NCBI GenBank assembly: GCA_010093815.1
Contig: ML996576.1
Origin: Pseudovirgaria hyperparasitica
Taxonomy: Eukaryota
Reading direction: 5' to 3' (one strand)
Length of the DNA stretch: 64,000 nucleotides
Part shown: positions 36,350 through 50,139 of the stretch, piece by piece
Layout: every line of letters starts with the position of its first letter
Numbering within the stretch: position 1 is the stretch's first letter
Position numbers and translations under genes: made by a program
Notes under the pieces: generated by a model
Database searches by the model: none
The model's input: only the letters and a program-made list of their open reading frames with translations
What the model was told of the DNA's origin: nothing

Positions 36350-37993
36350 ATGATGGACTCCACGTCCCCGGAAGCAAAGGCCACTCGCAAGCGGGTCTTG
36401 CGCGTGCTCTTCATATCACTCCTACTCGATCTCGTACGACCATCCATGTCATTCACTTCCCTGCTCCCAGTCCAAGCACGAGCTAATCCAAGACTTTTTT
36501 TTTTATCTCGCAGATCTCCTTCACCTTCATTCTCCCGCTCTTCCCCAAACTCCTCGAGTTCTACCGCGAGACCGAGACGTCCGCCGGCTCCACGTCCGTC
36601 CTCAACTCGGTCCTGGACGCCCTCAATACGTACAAGAACTCGTTTGCAAAGCCGATATCTTCGCGCTATGACATTGTGCTTCTGGGCGGCGCGCTCGGCT
36701 CGCTGTTCTCCTTCCTGCAGGCAATCGCCTCGCCCATCATCGGCCGGCTGAGCGACAAATATGGTCGCCGCACGGCGCTGCTCTGGAGCATGTGCGGCAA
36801 CATTGCCTCGGTGGCGCTGTGGGTGGCGGCGACGGATTTCCGCACCTTTCTGGCAAGCAGAGTGGTCGGTGGCCTGAGCGAGGGCAACGTCCAGCTTGCC
36901 CTGGCGATTGCAACGGACATCAGCGACGAGACGCAGCGCGGCGCGACAATGGCACTGGTGGGAGCATGCTTCAGCATCGCATTCACATTCGGGCCGGCGC
37001 TAGGGGCATGGCTCTCGAACATCACGACCGTCGCGGCGAACCCCTTTGCGACCGCCGCGGGCTTCAGCCTCTTCCTCATCGTCACCGAAACAATCTACCT
37101 ATACCACAGCCTCCCGGAAACGCTCCCGATCGTCGTCGCCAGCAGCAGCAGCAGCAAAGAGCGCAAAGACGACGACGACGACGACGACAAAACCAACAAC
37201 AAAAACCCCACGGCAAACGGCCCAACCACAAACCCGCGCCCCCTCCTCGTCCGCACAAACTCCCACCTCCTCCTCAACTTCACCCACTTCTTCTTCATCC
37301 TCTTCTTCTCCGGCATGGAATTCTCCCTCCCCTTCATGACCTACGACCTCTTCAGCTACGCCGCCAAGGACTCGGGCAAACTGCTCGGCTTCATCGGCCT
37401 CGTGGCCTCGGTGCTCCAGGGCGCCGTCACGCGCCGCATGCACCCACTCCGCGTCGTCCAGCTCGGCGTCGTCAGCGCAAGCATCGCCTTCTTCATGCTC
37501 GGCCGCGTCGCCTCCGAGCGCGCCCTCTACGCCGCCGCCGCCTTGCTCGCCGTCACCAGCGCCACCGTCGTCACCGGCCTGAACAGTCTAAGCAGCTTCG
37601 AGGCCCAGGCCGGCGAGCGCGGCGCGAAGCTAGGCAATCACCGCAGCTTCGGTACGTTGTTCTTTGTTTCTCTCCCCTCCCTTTTTCGCGCCCACAATCC
37701 CCCCTCCCACCGCATACACACACAGAAACACAAGCTAACATGATGCTATAAAAATAGGCCAAATCGGCCGCTCCATCGGACCCTTGCTCTTCTGCTCCCT
37801 CTACTGGTGGGCCGGCCGCGAGACGGCATACAGCATCGGCGGCGCCGGCATGGTCGCCGTCTGCGCCGTCGTCTTTGGCGGGCTCAAAGTGCCCCCCGGC
37901 ACCGAAACGGTCAGTGTGAGGGGAACGAAGAAGAAGGCGGCAACGGGGGCGGGGGTCAAGGGGGTAAATGGGTCGGGCAAGAAGATGCAATGA
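36350..37993 (+). CDS. MFS transporter (MFSD10/tetracycline-transporter-like)
   Basis: RVLFISLLLDL/ISFTFILPLFP across intron 1, MFS motif A GRLSDKYGRR, GGLSEGNVQ and FFSGMEFSLPF. Second intron about 37652-37757. Confidence 0.88.
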
Positions 37994-38538
37994 AGATGAA
38001 GATGAAGATGATGATATAGACAGGAACGCTTTTGGGGTTTGGGGTTTGGGGTGGAGGGGGGATTCCTTCTTCTTCTTCTTCTTCTTCTTCTTCTTGTATT
38101 GTATTGTACTGTATGTGATTGTGTGTTGTTGTTGTTGTTGTTGTCGTTGTATACGTAGACCTGTCTTGTAAATGTAATGCATCGTATACGTGGACGTGGA
38201 CGTGGACGTGTATCATATCTTGTCATGTCGTATCGTATCGTATTGCAATGCATTGTAATGCATGATTTCTATTGTTGTCAAAGTTGTAGGAGAAAGAATA
38301 ATGCCGCCAGTCTGTTCTACCCTCCTTATGTGTTCAATACTATATATACACCTACACACGCTGTGTAATAAGAATAAGATTTACGCCCAAAGAAGCTTGG
38401 CGTCGAATCTGTGTATGTGTTACCCTTACCCTCCTATACCTACCTTATAATCGATTACCCGTGCCTCATCCCTCCACGGATCAAACTACAGCTACACAAC
38501 ACGATAGGGAAGGACGAACCGACGTATCATAGACAGGC

Positions 38539-38762
<224 letters not shown>

Positions 38763-39154
38763 AGTACAACAAAGGAAAAGATAAAGGGCCGTACGCAGCC
38801 CGGAAAAATATGATACAAGCAAAACGCGCCGTATGGCTGCAGACATGATAGTGCAGCATGCAGGTTGCCAAACACCCCAACCCCAAAAGGTCCCCGTGTG
38901 TCATCACTTCGTCTCCAGTATCGCAACTAAACACCCAGGGGTGCATTTCTTTGCGATTCAAGCGTGCATACAGCGCGGCGCCCGTAGCGCAAATAGGAAT
39001 ACCTTGAATTCAAGGCCTCACAATCCCTCAGTCCAGCCTTTTGCATTCAACCTCATATCCATTACGACCTCCTGCCGCCAAGTCCATCTTCATATCCATT
39101 AGAAACCCCCTGCCAGCATGTCCATCACGTCCATCACGTCGATCCTCATATCCG

Positions 39155-39643
39155 TCACAGCCTCCTGCCATCGCGCCCATAATCAGCATACTGGCCTGGC
39201 TGTTGGGCTTGGCTTTGCGGTTGGTGTTGTCCCCTGCTGCGTTCGTATTCTTCCCTTATTCTCCTTTCGCGCTCCCAGTCAGCATGTGGATCCCTGACGC
39301 GAGCGTCTCTCTCGTCTGGCCGTTCCCAGCTCGCGCCAGCGGTGCGGCTTTGTGGCCGGAACGGATCCGGTCGAAGAGGCTGCGCATGTTGGCCTTGACC
39401 ACCGTCACGCGGATCAAGCGCACCTCCTCGGAGCGGAGGTCCCTGGCCATGCGGACCTGGCGGCGCTTGTTGCTGTGCCCTTGCATCTGAGGCTGCACTC
39501 AGCGGGTAGGCGGCAGGCGTGCGACTTGATGTTGAGGACGAGGACGGTGGTGGTGGCGGTGGAGGTGGAGCCCCGAAGCGAGCATGATGATCATGGGGTG
39601 AGACGCTAACTGGAGTGTGTTGGCTGTAGCGCATCTGCTGGAA

Positions 39644-39685
<42 letters not shown>

Positions 39686-40259
39686 ATGCTGATGCTGTTG
39701 CTGCTGATGCTGTTGCTGATGCTGCTGATGCTGATGTTGCTGCTGCTGCTGCTGCTGCTGATGCTGATCATGCTCGCGGCGCTCGCGCTCTTGCCTTGAA
39801 TAGTATTTCGCATGCAAGGCTCGACTGTCTCGTGCATTCTTGTCATTGTACTCAGTCTCGCGCTCTCGAGCGTACTTCTCACGCATGTCTCGCTCGTGGA
39901 GCTCGCGCATATGCTCTTGTTTCTGTCGTTGCAAGTCAAGTTCTCGACCACGTTGTACGCGCTGTTCGTACTCTTGATTCTCTCGACCGAGGTGGTGGTG
40001 GTGGTCGTCGCCGCCGCCGCTGATGCCCAACCCGCGTTGCATCATCGTCTCGGTAGCTTGTCCCGGATAAGCGAGGCTTTGATTTGCGGCATGGGATCGT
40101 TCGGTCAAGGCCTGTTGCGAGGTCGCGTGCACGATGGGACCTGCGGGTGCAGTACTCGGTGGTTGGACGCTGGCATATGGATTCGAATGCAGTACAGGAG
40201 CTCCACCGACTGGAGGCGTGTGCAGACGGCTTGGAGCCTGGCTTGGTGGGGGCTGTTGA

Positions 40260-40312
<53 letters not shown>

Positions 40313-41390
40313 AGCTTGACTGTACGATGGGTATCGACCATGTGCATATGCAGTAGAGTGAGGTGGCGGAGTTGAAGAATGACCGGGGTGGGCATGTTGT
40401 CCCAAGGCAAGCGAGCGATGATTGGAGTTGCTTATTCCACCAAAAGGGGGAAGACGGGCTTCGCCAAGGGCCGAGGGGGCAGGATGCGCAGACAATGGTG
40501 AATTGTTCTGGGAATGAGTTGCTGGCTGAGCGCCAGGATACGCACGCTGAGTCCAGCCATCCCTGGTGGGAGGGACAGCGTGAGAGGGCGGCTCTCGAGT
40601 GGCTTGATCCAAAACAGAGCGGGACGGAGGGCGAGATGGCACTTGTGAAGACGCACCGTAGCTTTGTCGCGAATAGGACTGCTGCATTGGCTCTCCATAC
40701 GCCACGGCCGCCAACCGAGCCTGCTGCGGGCCAGAGGGGCTTTGACCGATGGGAGTCGGGGCAGCGCGCGAAGTTGAGGCAGCGTGTTCGCCGTCACGTG
40801 TACTAGGCTGCTTTGCCGCCTCACTCTCCGGTGCCGGGTTCAGAAGCGAGAAAAGGTTCGAGCTCTTTCGAGTGGTCTCGGCGGCGGGCTTGGGTGGTGG
40901 TAGCGATGAGCGAGTGGCAGGTGCTGCTGCCGGGTTGGACGATGGTCGGGGCTCTTCTCTTGCACCATAAGACGGCTGACTTCTCTCTAGTATTGAACGT
41001 GAATGTGAATGTGACGGTGCCGGTGCTGGTACAGGTACAGGTGCAGATGCTTGTGCTGGTGGTGCCTGAGAAGGGTGATCGTCCATTCGTCCGATACTCG
41101 AATGTGGTCGATGTAGCGGGGCCAGCGGCGTGTGTTGCGCAGGGACGCTCCTCGGCTGTAGTTCTTCGCTCGATGGAGGTCCGGTAGAGCGAGCGAGCGT
41201 CATTACAGGAGGCGCCGCCTGGCGAGACGAAAGGGGTTGTTGATACAGAGGACGATCCTGGACGCCCCAGGTCCGTGTGTGGGGAGGACGATCTTGCGGC
41301 GCTTGTTGGAGATGTTGTTGTTGTTGTTGTGACTGTGGCTGCTGGTGTTGTTGTTGATGTTGATGTTGTTGTTGGTGGTGGTGGTGGTGG

Positions 41391-41436
<46 letters not shown>

Positions 41437-42100
41437 GCGGTTGATGTTGCTGCTGGTGTTGTTGTTGTTGTTGCTGCTGTTGTTGCGGTTGCGGTTGCGG
41501 GTGCTGCTGTTGCGGTTGTTGTTGTTTTTGTGGATGCTGTTGTGGTTGTTGCGGGTGCTGCTGTGATTGATGCTTGGGCGCACTTTCAGTCTCCGAGGGC
41601 TGTAGACTTGTATGTCGAAATGGTGGGGATCCTTGACTTTGCGAACCATGACCAAGTCTCGACTGCTGTTCGGCACGGCCACCAGAATAAGGAGACGGGC
41701 GGAATGGCGACTGAGCATGAGCGGACGGCGCAAGCTGATTAGCATGTAGTGGTAGTGGTGCTGGTGGTGGCGGCTGAGTAGAGGATAAAGATGATGATGA
41801 TGCTGCCGCCGCCGCCGCCGGTTGAGCCAAAGGTCGACTCTTTGGCGACTCAAAATTCGTTCCCATCCTCGGGGGTGGCCCGGAACGTGCTTGGTATTGT
41901 GACTGAGGCGGGAGAGGAGGTGACAAGTGTGGAGCATCTGTCAACGGCCGCATTGGAGGGGAAGCTTGCGGCCCAGCAGAGGTGGTTTGTTGAAGACGCC
42001 CAGAGGGGCTTTGGCTGCTGAGGTTAGAGAATCTGTTTGTGGATTGTTGGACTTGAGGGGGCGAGTGAGCGGGCACAATGGCTGCTGTTGTTGCTGTTGA

Positions 42101-42140
<40 letters not shown>

Positions 42141-45100
42141 GGAGCAGCAGCCGACGACGACGACGACGCCGGCGGAGTGTCTGCGTCGACGTCTGGGTTC
42201 GGTGCAAGCGTTCGGGGTGCAGCAATCTGCGCGGTAGTATCATACCTTCGTCGAGGTGCAACTGCAGAGGGCACAGGCGGAGGACCCAGAGATGCTCCGC
42301 TCTTGATGCGTTGGTCGGCCTCTTCTGCCGCCCTGCGCAAAGCATCATCCCTACCTTGTTCGACGCTTCGGAGATACTGGTTCTTGACCTGTTCGATGGT
42401 GTTAGAAAATATATAGTTCGAGGGTTGTTGCTTCGCCATGTCGGCAACGTCAAAGTCCGGCGGGGCCGCGGGCCCGTCCGGGACTTGTTGCGCTTGCTGC
42501 TGAAGTCTTGTGATTGAAGAATGAGAAGTATCATTTACCATGACCATCGTTTTGGTACCCATGTGCTGGGCGATAGCAGAGAAGTTTGTGCCAAAATACG
42601 CCACGTTCCGGCGGAAGTCTGCTGTCTCCTGTACAGACCAATAGCTGGAATGACCCTGGCGCTGCGTCGTTGGGGCGGCGGCGGCGGCGGCGATGGTAGT
42701 GGTGGTGTTTGTGGTGGGAGTTGCTGCCTGTAATCGCGGACGATCTGTAGAAAGTAGTGGAGGGGGTATTCCAGGAGTAGTAATAGTAGTAGTACTCGAG
42801 AACGGAATCTGACCCATGCCTTCTTCCATGGTCTGATGTACATCATCTGGTGGGCCATATGTTGACGGAGTGGACTCGTACAAGGCCAGCGGCTCCGATG
42901 ATTCTGCGCGCATCAAGTCTTCCTGCTTCACACCAAGCATCTTCTCGAAGCGGTCCCTTGGTTGCTTGACAGGCGATGATGTTGTTGATGTCGATGTTGT
43001 CGCTGTGGTTGCTGCCGCTGTTGCTGCTGTGGTCGCGGCGGCGGCGGCGGCGGTGGTGGTGGTGCTGGTGGTACTGGCGGTAGGTGCTGGGGCCAGAGCG
43101 TTGTTTCTTGCCTTCCGAGTTCCTTTTTCTTTTGTGCCCCTGGTCCGCTTTGTGCCCCCCCTTGGTTCAACGGTCGAGTCACCACTACCTCCGCCGCCAC
43201 CACCACCACCACGGCTCCTCACAGTGGTGGTGGAGGGAGTTGCATTCGCTTCGCTGTCATTGTCCATGCCAAATTGAGGTGCAGCGGCTCGGCGGGGACG
43301 CCCCTTTTCAGTGACAGCCATCGTCGACCCTCCATCCTCTCCTCCGTTCTCGAGGCGGCCCAATGCTTCAGTGTTGAGTGGCGCTCTTCCCCGGCTGGCG
43401 CCCGTCTTGGCAGCTCTGGACCTGGCACCACCACCACCCTTTCTCTTCCCAACCTTTGGCTTGAATTCTCCTCCCCACTTGGTGTTGTAGTAGTGACAGA
43501 TGCACTGTCGAAAGTTACGATTCTTGACAGCAGATGCAATGAAGCCCCACTTCTTCGGATTCTGGTGGTAGGCAGCAACGAGTGATTTGTGCTCGTCCTC
43601 GGTAAAGTCGTCGCGCGGGGGATCAAAGTGGAAGCACTTCAGCGCCTGGGAGGGGTGGCGTAGGCTCGTCCAGTCCTTGTAGCGGCGTCTCTGTTGGGTC
43701 AGCTCGTCCATCAGGTCGGGTATCTCGGCTTCCTTTTCCAGGTCGGGTTTCGACTTTTTTGCCTCGCGTTCCTGCTTCGCTTGACGTTCCTCTTCGACCT
43801 TGGCAGACTCCTTCATGATGAGGTCGAGCTGATACTGGCTGATGAAGCCTCGGGCACGGCCCAAGCCTGGGGTGGGGAGGGCAGATGGTAGGCCAGTCGG
43901 ATCAGGCGTCACGGCGGCACGCGGTTCATCGGCAGTGGCAGTGGCAGCAGTAGCAGCAGCCGGCTGATCTTCCTCGTCGTCTCCATGGACGGCATCGTAG
44001 TGCTCGAGATGCTTACGCCATTGGCAGTATAGCTCGTAGAAGAGCTCGCGTTTCGAGTCCATCTCGTCGTGCGTCGCGTCGAACCTGGAGCGGAGCAAGG
44101 CCTTGATCTTCTGGAGCGTATCCGCCGACATTTCCTCCTTGACCGGTAGCTCGTGCCCAGGGTCCGAAAGCGGAGTTGGGGGTGCTTTGATGAGGAAGGG
44201 CAGTGAACTGAGGTCAGGCGTAGGCTCCCGGTCGGTAGACGGGTCCCTGTGATGATGGGTCGTGGTGCTGTCATCGACATCGTGCATGATTTCGTCACCA
44301 TTATGCTCTTCCTTTGGCGTCATCATGTCCGGTTGGAGGGATGTTGTGAGCATCTTGTTGACGACGACAGCGGCGGCTGCTTCTTCCGGCGGCGTGGCAC
44401 GCTCGTCTTTGTGCTGCTGCTGCTGCTGCTGCTGCTGCAGCAGAGACCTCACGTAGTTGACATCATCCATGGAGATGCGTGCGATGCGTACAAGTTCATC
44501 GAGGACTGCGGCAGCGCGCAAGGACGGGTCGCTCAAGTCGTGCTTCTGGGACTCTAGCCGTGCTTTACCCTCCAAAAAGGCCTTTTCTGCAGCCTCGAAA
44601 TCTGCCTCGTCCAAATCCAAGCCGTCCTCGTCATCGCTGAGATCGTCACCGCCTTCTGGTGCCGAGGGATTAGCTGACAAGGGGAGTGGTGGTGGTTGAT
44701 CGATCGGGGAGGGAGACACATCAGCCATGACGTGGTCTTCAGACGTCTCACCCTTGGGCTCGGGTTTTACATGCACGTGTGATGACGAGTGGGTGGTAGC
44801 TGTGAGGATGGCTGGATGCTTGAGATTTGTCTCCAGCTTCAAGGACGCCGCCAAAGGGGTACGCTCCTTTTCTTCGCCGTCCGAGTCGCGTTTTGCCGGT
44901 ATTACCACACCAGCTCTGTGGGCCGCAGGTGCGGTAGGCGCACCCGGACGGATCCATTGACGGCTCTTTATCGCAGGTTGGGGGAGGACAGCTGGACCGC
45001 GTGGAGATGTGAATGGAGGACTGGCGTGCACTGGCTGTCGCAAAGGGTTGCTGGGACCTAGTCTTTCTCGTTCGGCTCGGGGGCCGGTGGGTATGACTGC

Positions 45101-47074
45101 GCTGATGGACTTGGGCGAGGTTATCGGCCAAGAGTTTCTTGGTCCAGACGGAATACTGGCTGCTGCTGCTGCTGTTGTTGTTGTTGCCGTTGCCGTTGCC
45201 GTTGCTGTAGTTGTCACATCTGTGAGCGAAGCTGGTCGTGACGGCGCATTGCTAATCGCACTTGGTCCTGTGGGGGGAGCTGCTTGTGGCACCAGGGACG
45301 GGACGCGAGACGGAACGCGGGACCTTGGAGCGGGAAGAGGTGATGCTGGTGCCGGTGCCGGTGCAGGTGCAGGTGCTGGAGACGCCGACGACGGTGGTGG
45401 TGGTGGTGGCTGAAAGGGGGTGTCTCTGTCTCTGGTATCCAACGGCTGAGGCGTGGAGACAATCTCACCGGGGGATAGCCTGGCAGCAGGAGGCTCACGC
45501 TTGACGTGGTCGTCATTTGAAGGTAGCGACGACGGCGGCGGCGGCGGCGCCTCTCTATCTCGAACATCAGCAGCAGCAGTAGTAGCAGCAGGCCTTGCGG
45601 CTTTGGGCCCTGTTGGAGGAGCGGGGGGAGGAGGAGGAGGAGGAGGAGGAGGGGCAGTCGACAATGCTTTCGGCGCGGTTGGGGGTACAGGCTTGATAGT
45701 AGTAGGATTCTTCTTCTGCTGCTGCTGCGCAGTAGGGCCAGCAGCATTGGCCGGATTGTTCTTGTCAAGGTGTGATGCTCTCCATACATTCGAAGTAGGG
45801 CCGGCAGCAGTGAATGGATTTGGCGCTCGAGCTGGAGGCGGCGGCGGCGGCGCAGCTGGGAGGATAGAGCCAAAGGCAGGGACTGAGGGGGCTTGAGGTG
45901 GCGGCGAGGACCGGCCGGTAAAACGATCACGAGGCAGCAGCTCCGTTCGGCCTGGCGGAAGGTCAGACTTGTTGTTATTGTTATTATTGTTGCTGTTGTT
46001 GCTGTTGTTGTGGTCTTCGCGTCGTGCTTCCTTGGCGGTCGAGAGCTCGGCTAGGGAGGAGCGCCTAGTGGTAGAAGGGGGAGGTGGAAAGTCACGTGGG
46101 GCAGCGGAATCGGTCCCAGCAGATAGCGGTTTGCTGACATGGAGGACGTGAGGGCTAGCGGAACCTGAAGGGGCGTTGCGGGAGTCTATGTTGTAGGACG
46201 ACGACGACGATTCGATCCGAGCGGAAGAGGTCGGCGGCGGCGGCGGCGGCTTGTAACGATCATCCTTTTCTTCTCGGTCTCGATATATTCTTCGATCGTC
46301 GTCACGTCTGTCGAATCTTCGGTCATCCCTTCGGTCAACGTCACGATCATCCCGAGCCGAATTGTTCTCGCGCCAAGGACCCCTTGAGCGACTCCGGGCG
46401 CGATAAGTGTCCCGGTCGTCGCTGAAGTGACCTCTACCACCACGGCCATGATAATCCCAGTCGCCACGGCCTCCAGCTCCTCCAGCTCCTCCAGCTCCTC
46501 CAGCTCCTCCAGCAGCGCCTCTGAGCGAACCTCTGAAGCCCCCTCGGCCATAACCACTGGACTGCTGGGGTGGATCGGAATAGTTTGAGCCGGCAGATGG
46601 GGGACCGTCTCTGGCGGCCCGCTGTGCACCTCTCACATCGAGTTCCCGGGGTGGAAAGTCTCTCGGACCGCGTTGTGGTGAACGAGCTCGTGGGGAGGGT
46701 CTCCTCTCGCTACGCCTGTCAAAGTCACGATCCCGATCACGGTCACGGTCACGATCCCGGTCCCGATCGCGATCCCGATCATTCCATCTCCTGTCTCGTG
46801 TGTCGGTTAGCGGTGGAGCGTCTCGAAGTTCAGGGCGTGGCGGGAAGCCTCTTCCTCGTGGACCAGAAGGGATGGAAGTGCTGGCAGCTGAAACGGAAGC
46901 GCGCGAACCATTCTCCAAGGCGCGTGGACCTCTCGGGGGAGCATCTCTGGCGGCACTATACTGGCTGCTTGACGCATAAGAAGAGCGCCGGTCGCTGCGA
47001 GGAGGCGGCGGCGGCGGCGGTGACCTATCACGTGGAGGATATCGCGAGTCAGCCGAAGAGATGCGGTATGACAT
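39155..47074 (-). CDS. SNT1: Snt1/N-CoR-like double SANT-domain subunit of the Set3 HDAC complex
   Basis: SANT1 DFTEDEHKSLVAAYHQNPKKWGFIA..CICHYYNTKW and SANT2 SSYWSVQETADFRRNVAYFGTNFSAIAQHMGTKT..VKNQY. Probable in-frame intron 42389-42538. Long low-complexity flanks. Confidence 0.8.
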
Positions 47075-47500
47075 CTGATGGTCGGAATGGGAAGCAGGAC
47101 AGAGTCAGAGATTGAGGCAGACGTGCTTCCAACATTGACGACGGGAAGAGGAAGCAGGGTTGGTCGGGGACAGACAGGATGCAGTGGACGGAGGTGGTGG
47201 AGTTGACGTCACGTGGAGAGCAGACAAGGGGAAGAGGGAAGTCGCCACGGGATCGGGAAGGAGGAAGGGTTGGAACAGAGGAAAGTGGGGCGGAGCTGCA
47301 GCCTGAGGCTAAATTTGCAACTTTGCAGACGTGGGACAGCAGCGGCGGCGGCACCAGGAACAGGAACGGGAACAGGAACAGGAGCCGGGAGTGTAGTGAA
47401 GCGAGACGACAACGAGGGACAAAGTGAATCAAGCGCGTAGACGAACGGGGACAGTAGATGGAGATTGAGACGAGCGTATGTTGGGCGCGCGCTGGATGAA

Positions 47501-47533
47501 GTCGAGTCGAGTCGAGTCGAGTCGAGTCGAGTC
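47501..47533. repeat. (GTCGA)n pentanucleotide repeat
   Basis: About 6.5 tandem copies visible. Confidence 0.9.
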
Positions 47534-48839
47534 AAATGGAAGGGAGAGTGAAGAGGGCGGCTATCCAGAGGCTGGTCGGATGCGGCAGTCGAGTGATTTG
47601 GGGAGGAGGGAAGCCAGATGGAAGAAGCAGAGTATGAATGGCGAGGATGTGTTAAGAGGCAGCCGGTCGGGAGAGACGAAGAAGTGTGTTGTGTGGTTGA
47701 TGGAAGCGGAAGGTGGTATGAATGGAGGAATGAGGATGGAAGTGGAGGAGGATTGGAGAGAGTGGACGAGGCGGGTTAGTGACAGTGGGTGGTGGTAAGG
47801 CGTGTAAGGTGTGTTTCAAGCCGGCGCGTGTGCGCGTGGATGGGTGTGGGTATGTGTGCCTCAGGCAGGATTGGGCGATATGGCAGCAAGCCAAGACGAA
47901 GTAGACGAGACGTATCGAATCGAGTGAAGATGGAGATGGAGATGAAGATGAGGATGAAGATGAGGATGAAGATGAGGATGAAGATGAAAGATGAGGACGA
48001 GAATGAGAATGAGAATGAGAGAGGGCGAGAATGGATTGGTTGGTTGGCAGAGAATTGGGAGAATGGGTGTGGCAGTCTGTGGCGTGTGTGTGGACTGTGG
48101 ACTGTGGACTGTGGACTGTGTGGAGGGGTGTGTGCATAGCCAAGGGTAGGCAGTAGATGGATGATGATTGGCTACAAGGGCTAGCGGGCGAGCTGCTACG
48201 GGCCACCCGCACCGAAATAGCCTTTCTCGACAGCTTGACTTGTAGACTTTGACCTTCTCGAACAGCCGTGATTGGCCAGCGGATTGAAGATGTGCACGAA
48301 GAGAGAGCCAGGCAACAAGGCGACAGGGCGACGAGGCAACAATCCATCGACTGCGCTCGACTCAACCTACCAGTGACCACTAAAGATAAATGCATCGTCA
48401 CCGTCAGCATCAAGTTGCTCTTCTTCGCATCTCGTGTCGCTGCGTCTGCACCAAGCTGCTGCTGCATGCCGTTGTATGCATCTGCCTACTACAGTGATTA
48501 ATTAGCTATACAGGACAGGCTACAGTAAGTATCGCCTACTTATTATTACTTATCAACCCTCCGACTCTCCCCCTGCCCGTGCTGGCTGCCACATCCATGC
48601 ATGCTACCACTAATTATATATCCTGCCGGGCTGGCCTGCGTTGATCTCAGCATGGGTGCGTATCTCTACTGTATTCTCTGCTTGTCTGCTTGGCCCCACT
48701 ACGCTGTCGACAATCAATTTTCACTCTGCCTGCCCTGCTTACCTTCTATCCTCTTGTCCCTTCAACTAATTACTTATTCTCTCTCGCTCTCTCTCTCTCT
48801 CTCCCTCTCTCTCCTTCCCTCTCGTGCGCGCGCGCCATC

Positions 48840-49048
48840 ATGGATCCTGCCACCGCCACAGATGCCGTCCTCAGGCCCTCCCATCCTGTCCCCGACAATG
48901 CCCGCCCGGTCCGCGGCATCGAGTTCGACAATCTGCACCACAGACCCGTCACTGTCGATGATCTCGTTGCTGGCATGGCCGACATGGGCTTCCAGGCAAG
49001 CGCTGTAGGCGACGCCGTCAACATCATCAACGATATGGTAACAGTCCA

Positions 49049-49120
<72 letters not shown>

Positions 49121-50139
49121 CTTTCCACCTGCCCCCCACCGGACCTGACCAGCGCTCTCGATGCATGCAGCTAATGAATGCCCTGCCTTGCACAGCGACG
49201 TTGGAGAGATGCAGACACGCGCGAATCCACCACCATCTTCCTTGGCTATACCTCGAATCTCATCTCGTCCGGGCTCCGGGAGACGCTGCGCTACCTGGTC
49301 CAGCACAAGCATGTCTCTGCCATTGTCACCACTGCCGGCGGCGTTGAAGAAGACTTTATCAAATGCCTGGCCCCGACCTACCTGGGCTCCTTTACCGCGC
49401 CGGGTGCTGCCCTTCGCGCCCAGGGGATGAACCGCATCGGCAACCTGTTTGTGCCCAACAGCAACTACTGCGCCTTTGAAGAGTGGGTGGTGCCGATCCT
49501 GGACCGGATGCTGGACGAGCAAGAGGCGGCACGACACGAGCCAGACCCGCTCGTCTGGACGCCCAGCAAGATCATCAGCCGGCTGGGCAGGGAGATCAAC
49601 GACGAGCGGTCCGTCTACTACTGGGCGTGGAAGAATGAGATTCCGGTCTTCTGCCCCGCCATCACGGACGGCAGCCTCGGCGACATGATGTTCTTCCACA
49701 CCTTCAAGTCGTCGCCCAACCAGCTCATCTGCGACAGCATTGGCGACATCAGGACGCTCAACACGCTCGCCATCAAGGCCAAGCGCGCCGGCATGATTGT
49801 GCTGGGAGGCGGGGTGGTGAAGCACCACATTGCCAACGCCTGCCTCTTCCGCAACGGCGCCGAGAGCGCCGTCTACATCAACACCGCCCAGGAGTTTGAC
49901 GGCAGCGACGCGGGTGCACGGCCCGACGAGGCGGTGAGCTGGGGCAAGATCAAGGCGGATGCGCAGAGCGTCAAGGTGCGTGCACACACTGCCCTCTTAT
50001 CGGCTGTTTTCGTGAGTATGCCAGTTTTGTGTGTGTGTGTGACTGACGGCAGCTTTTTATATAACAGGTGTATGCCGAGGCGACGGTGGTGTTTCCTCTG
50101 ATTGTCGCAGCGACATTTGCCAAGGCGGCCACGGAGTGA
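48840..50139 (+). CDS. DYS1: Deoxyhypusine synthase
   Basis: Motifs [53 protein letters not shown] and [19 protein letters not shown]. Introns 49038-49195 and 49976-50067. Confidence 0.96.
49050..49119. repeat. (CA)n microsatellite inside DYS1 intron 1
   Basis: About 35 perfect CA units. Confidence 0.97.

Noticed and set aside
36792..37751. 319-aa Arg/Pro-rich alternate-frame ORF over the MFS gene, and similar antisense ORFs over APM4, DYS1 and SNT1
   Set aside because: Expected shadow ORFs in GC3-rich coding sequence.
48601..49008. Overlapping upstream ORF with PPP before DYS1 as a polyamine/eIF5A-sensing uORF
   Set aside because: Its ATGs lie upstream of the CT-rich tract (about 48780-48820) that probably marks the transcription start, and the PPP is an alternate-frame reading of DYS1 codons. 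TSS data would be needed.
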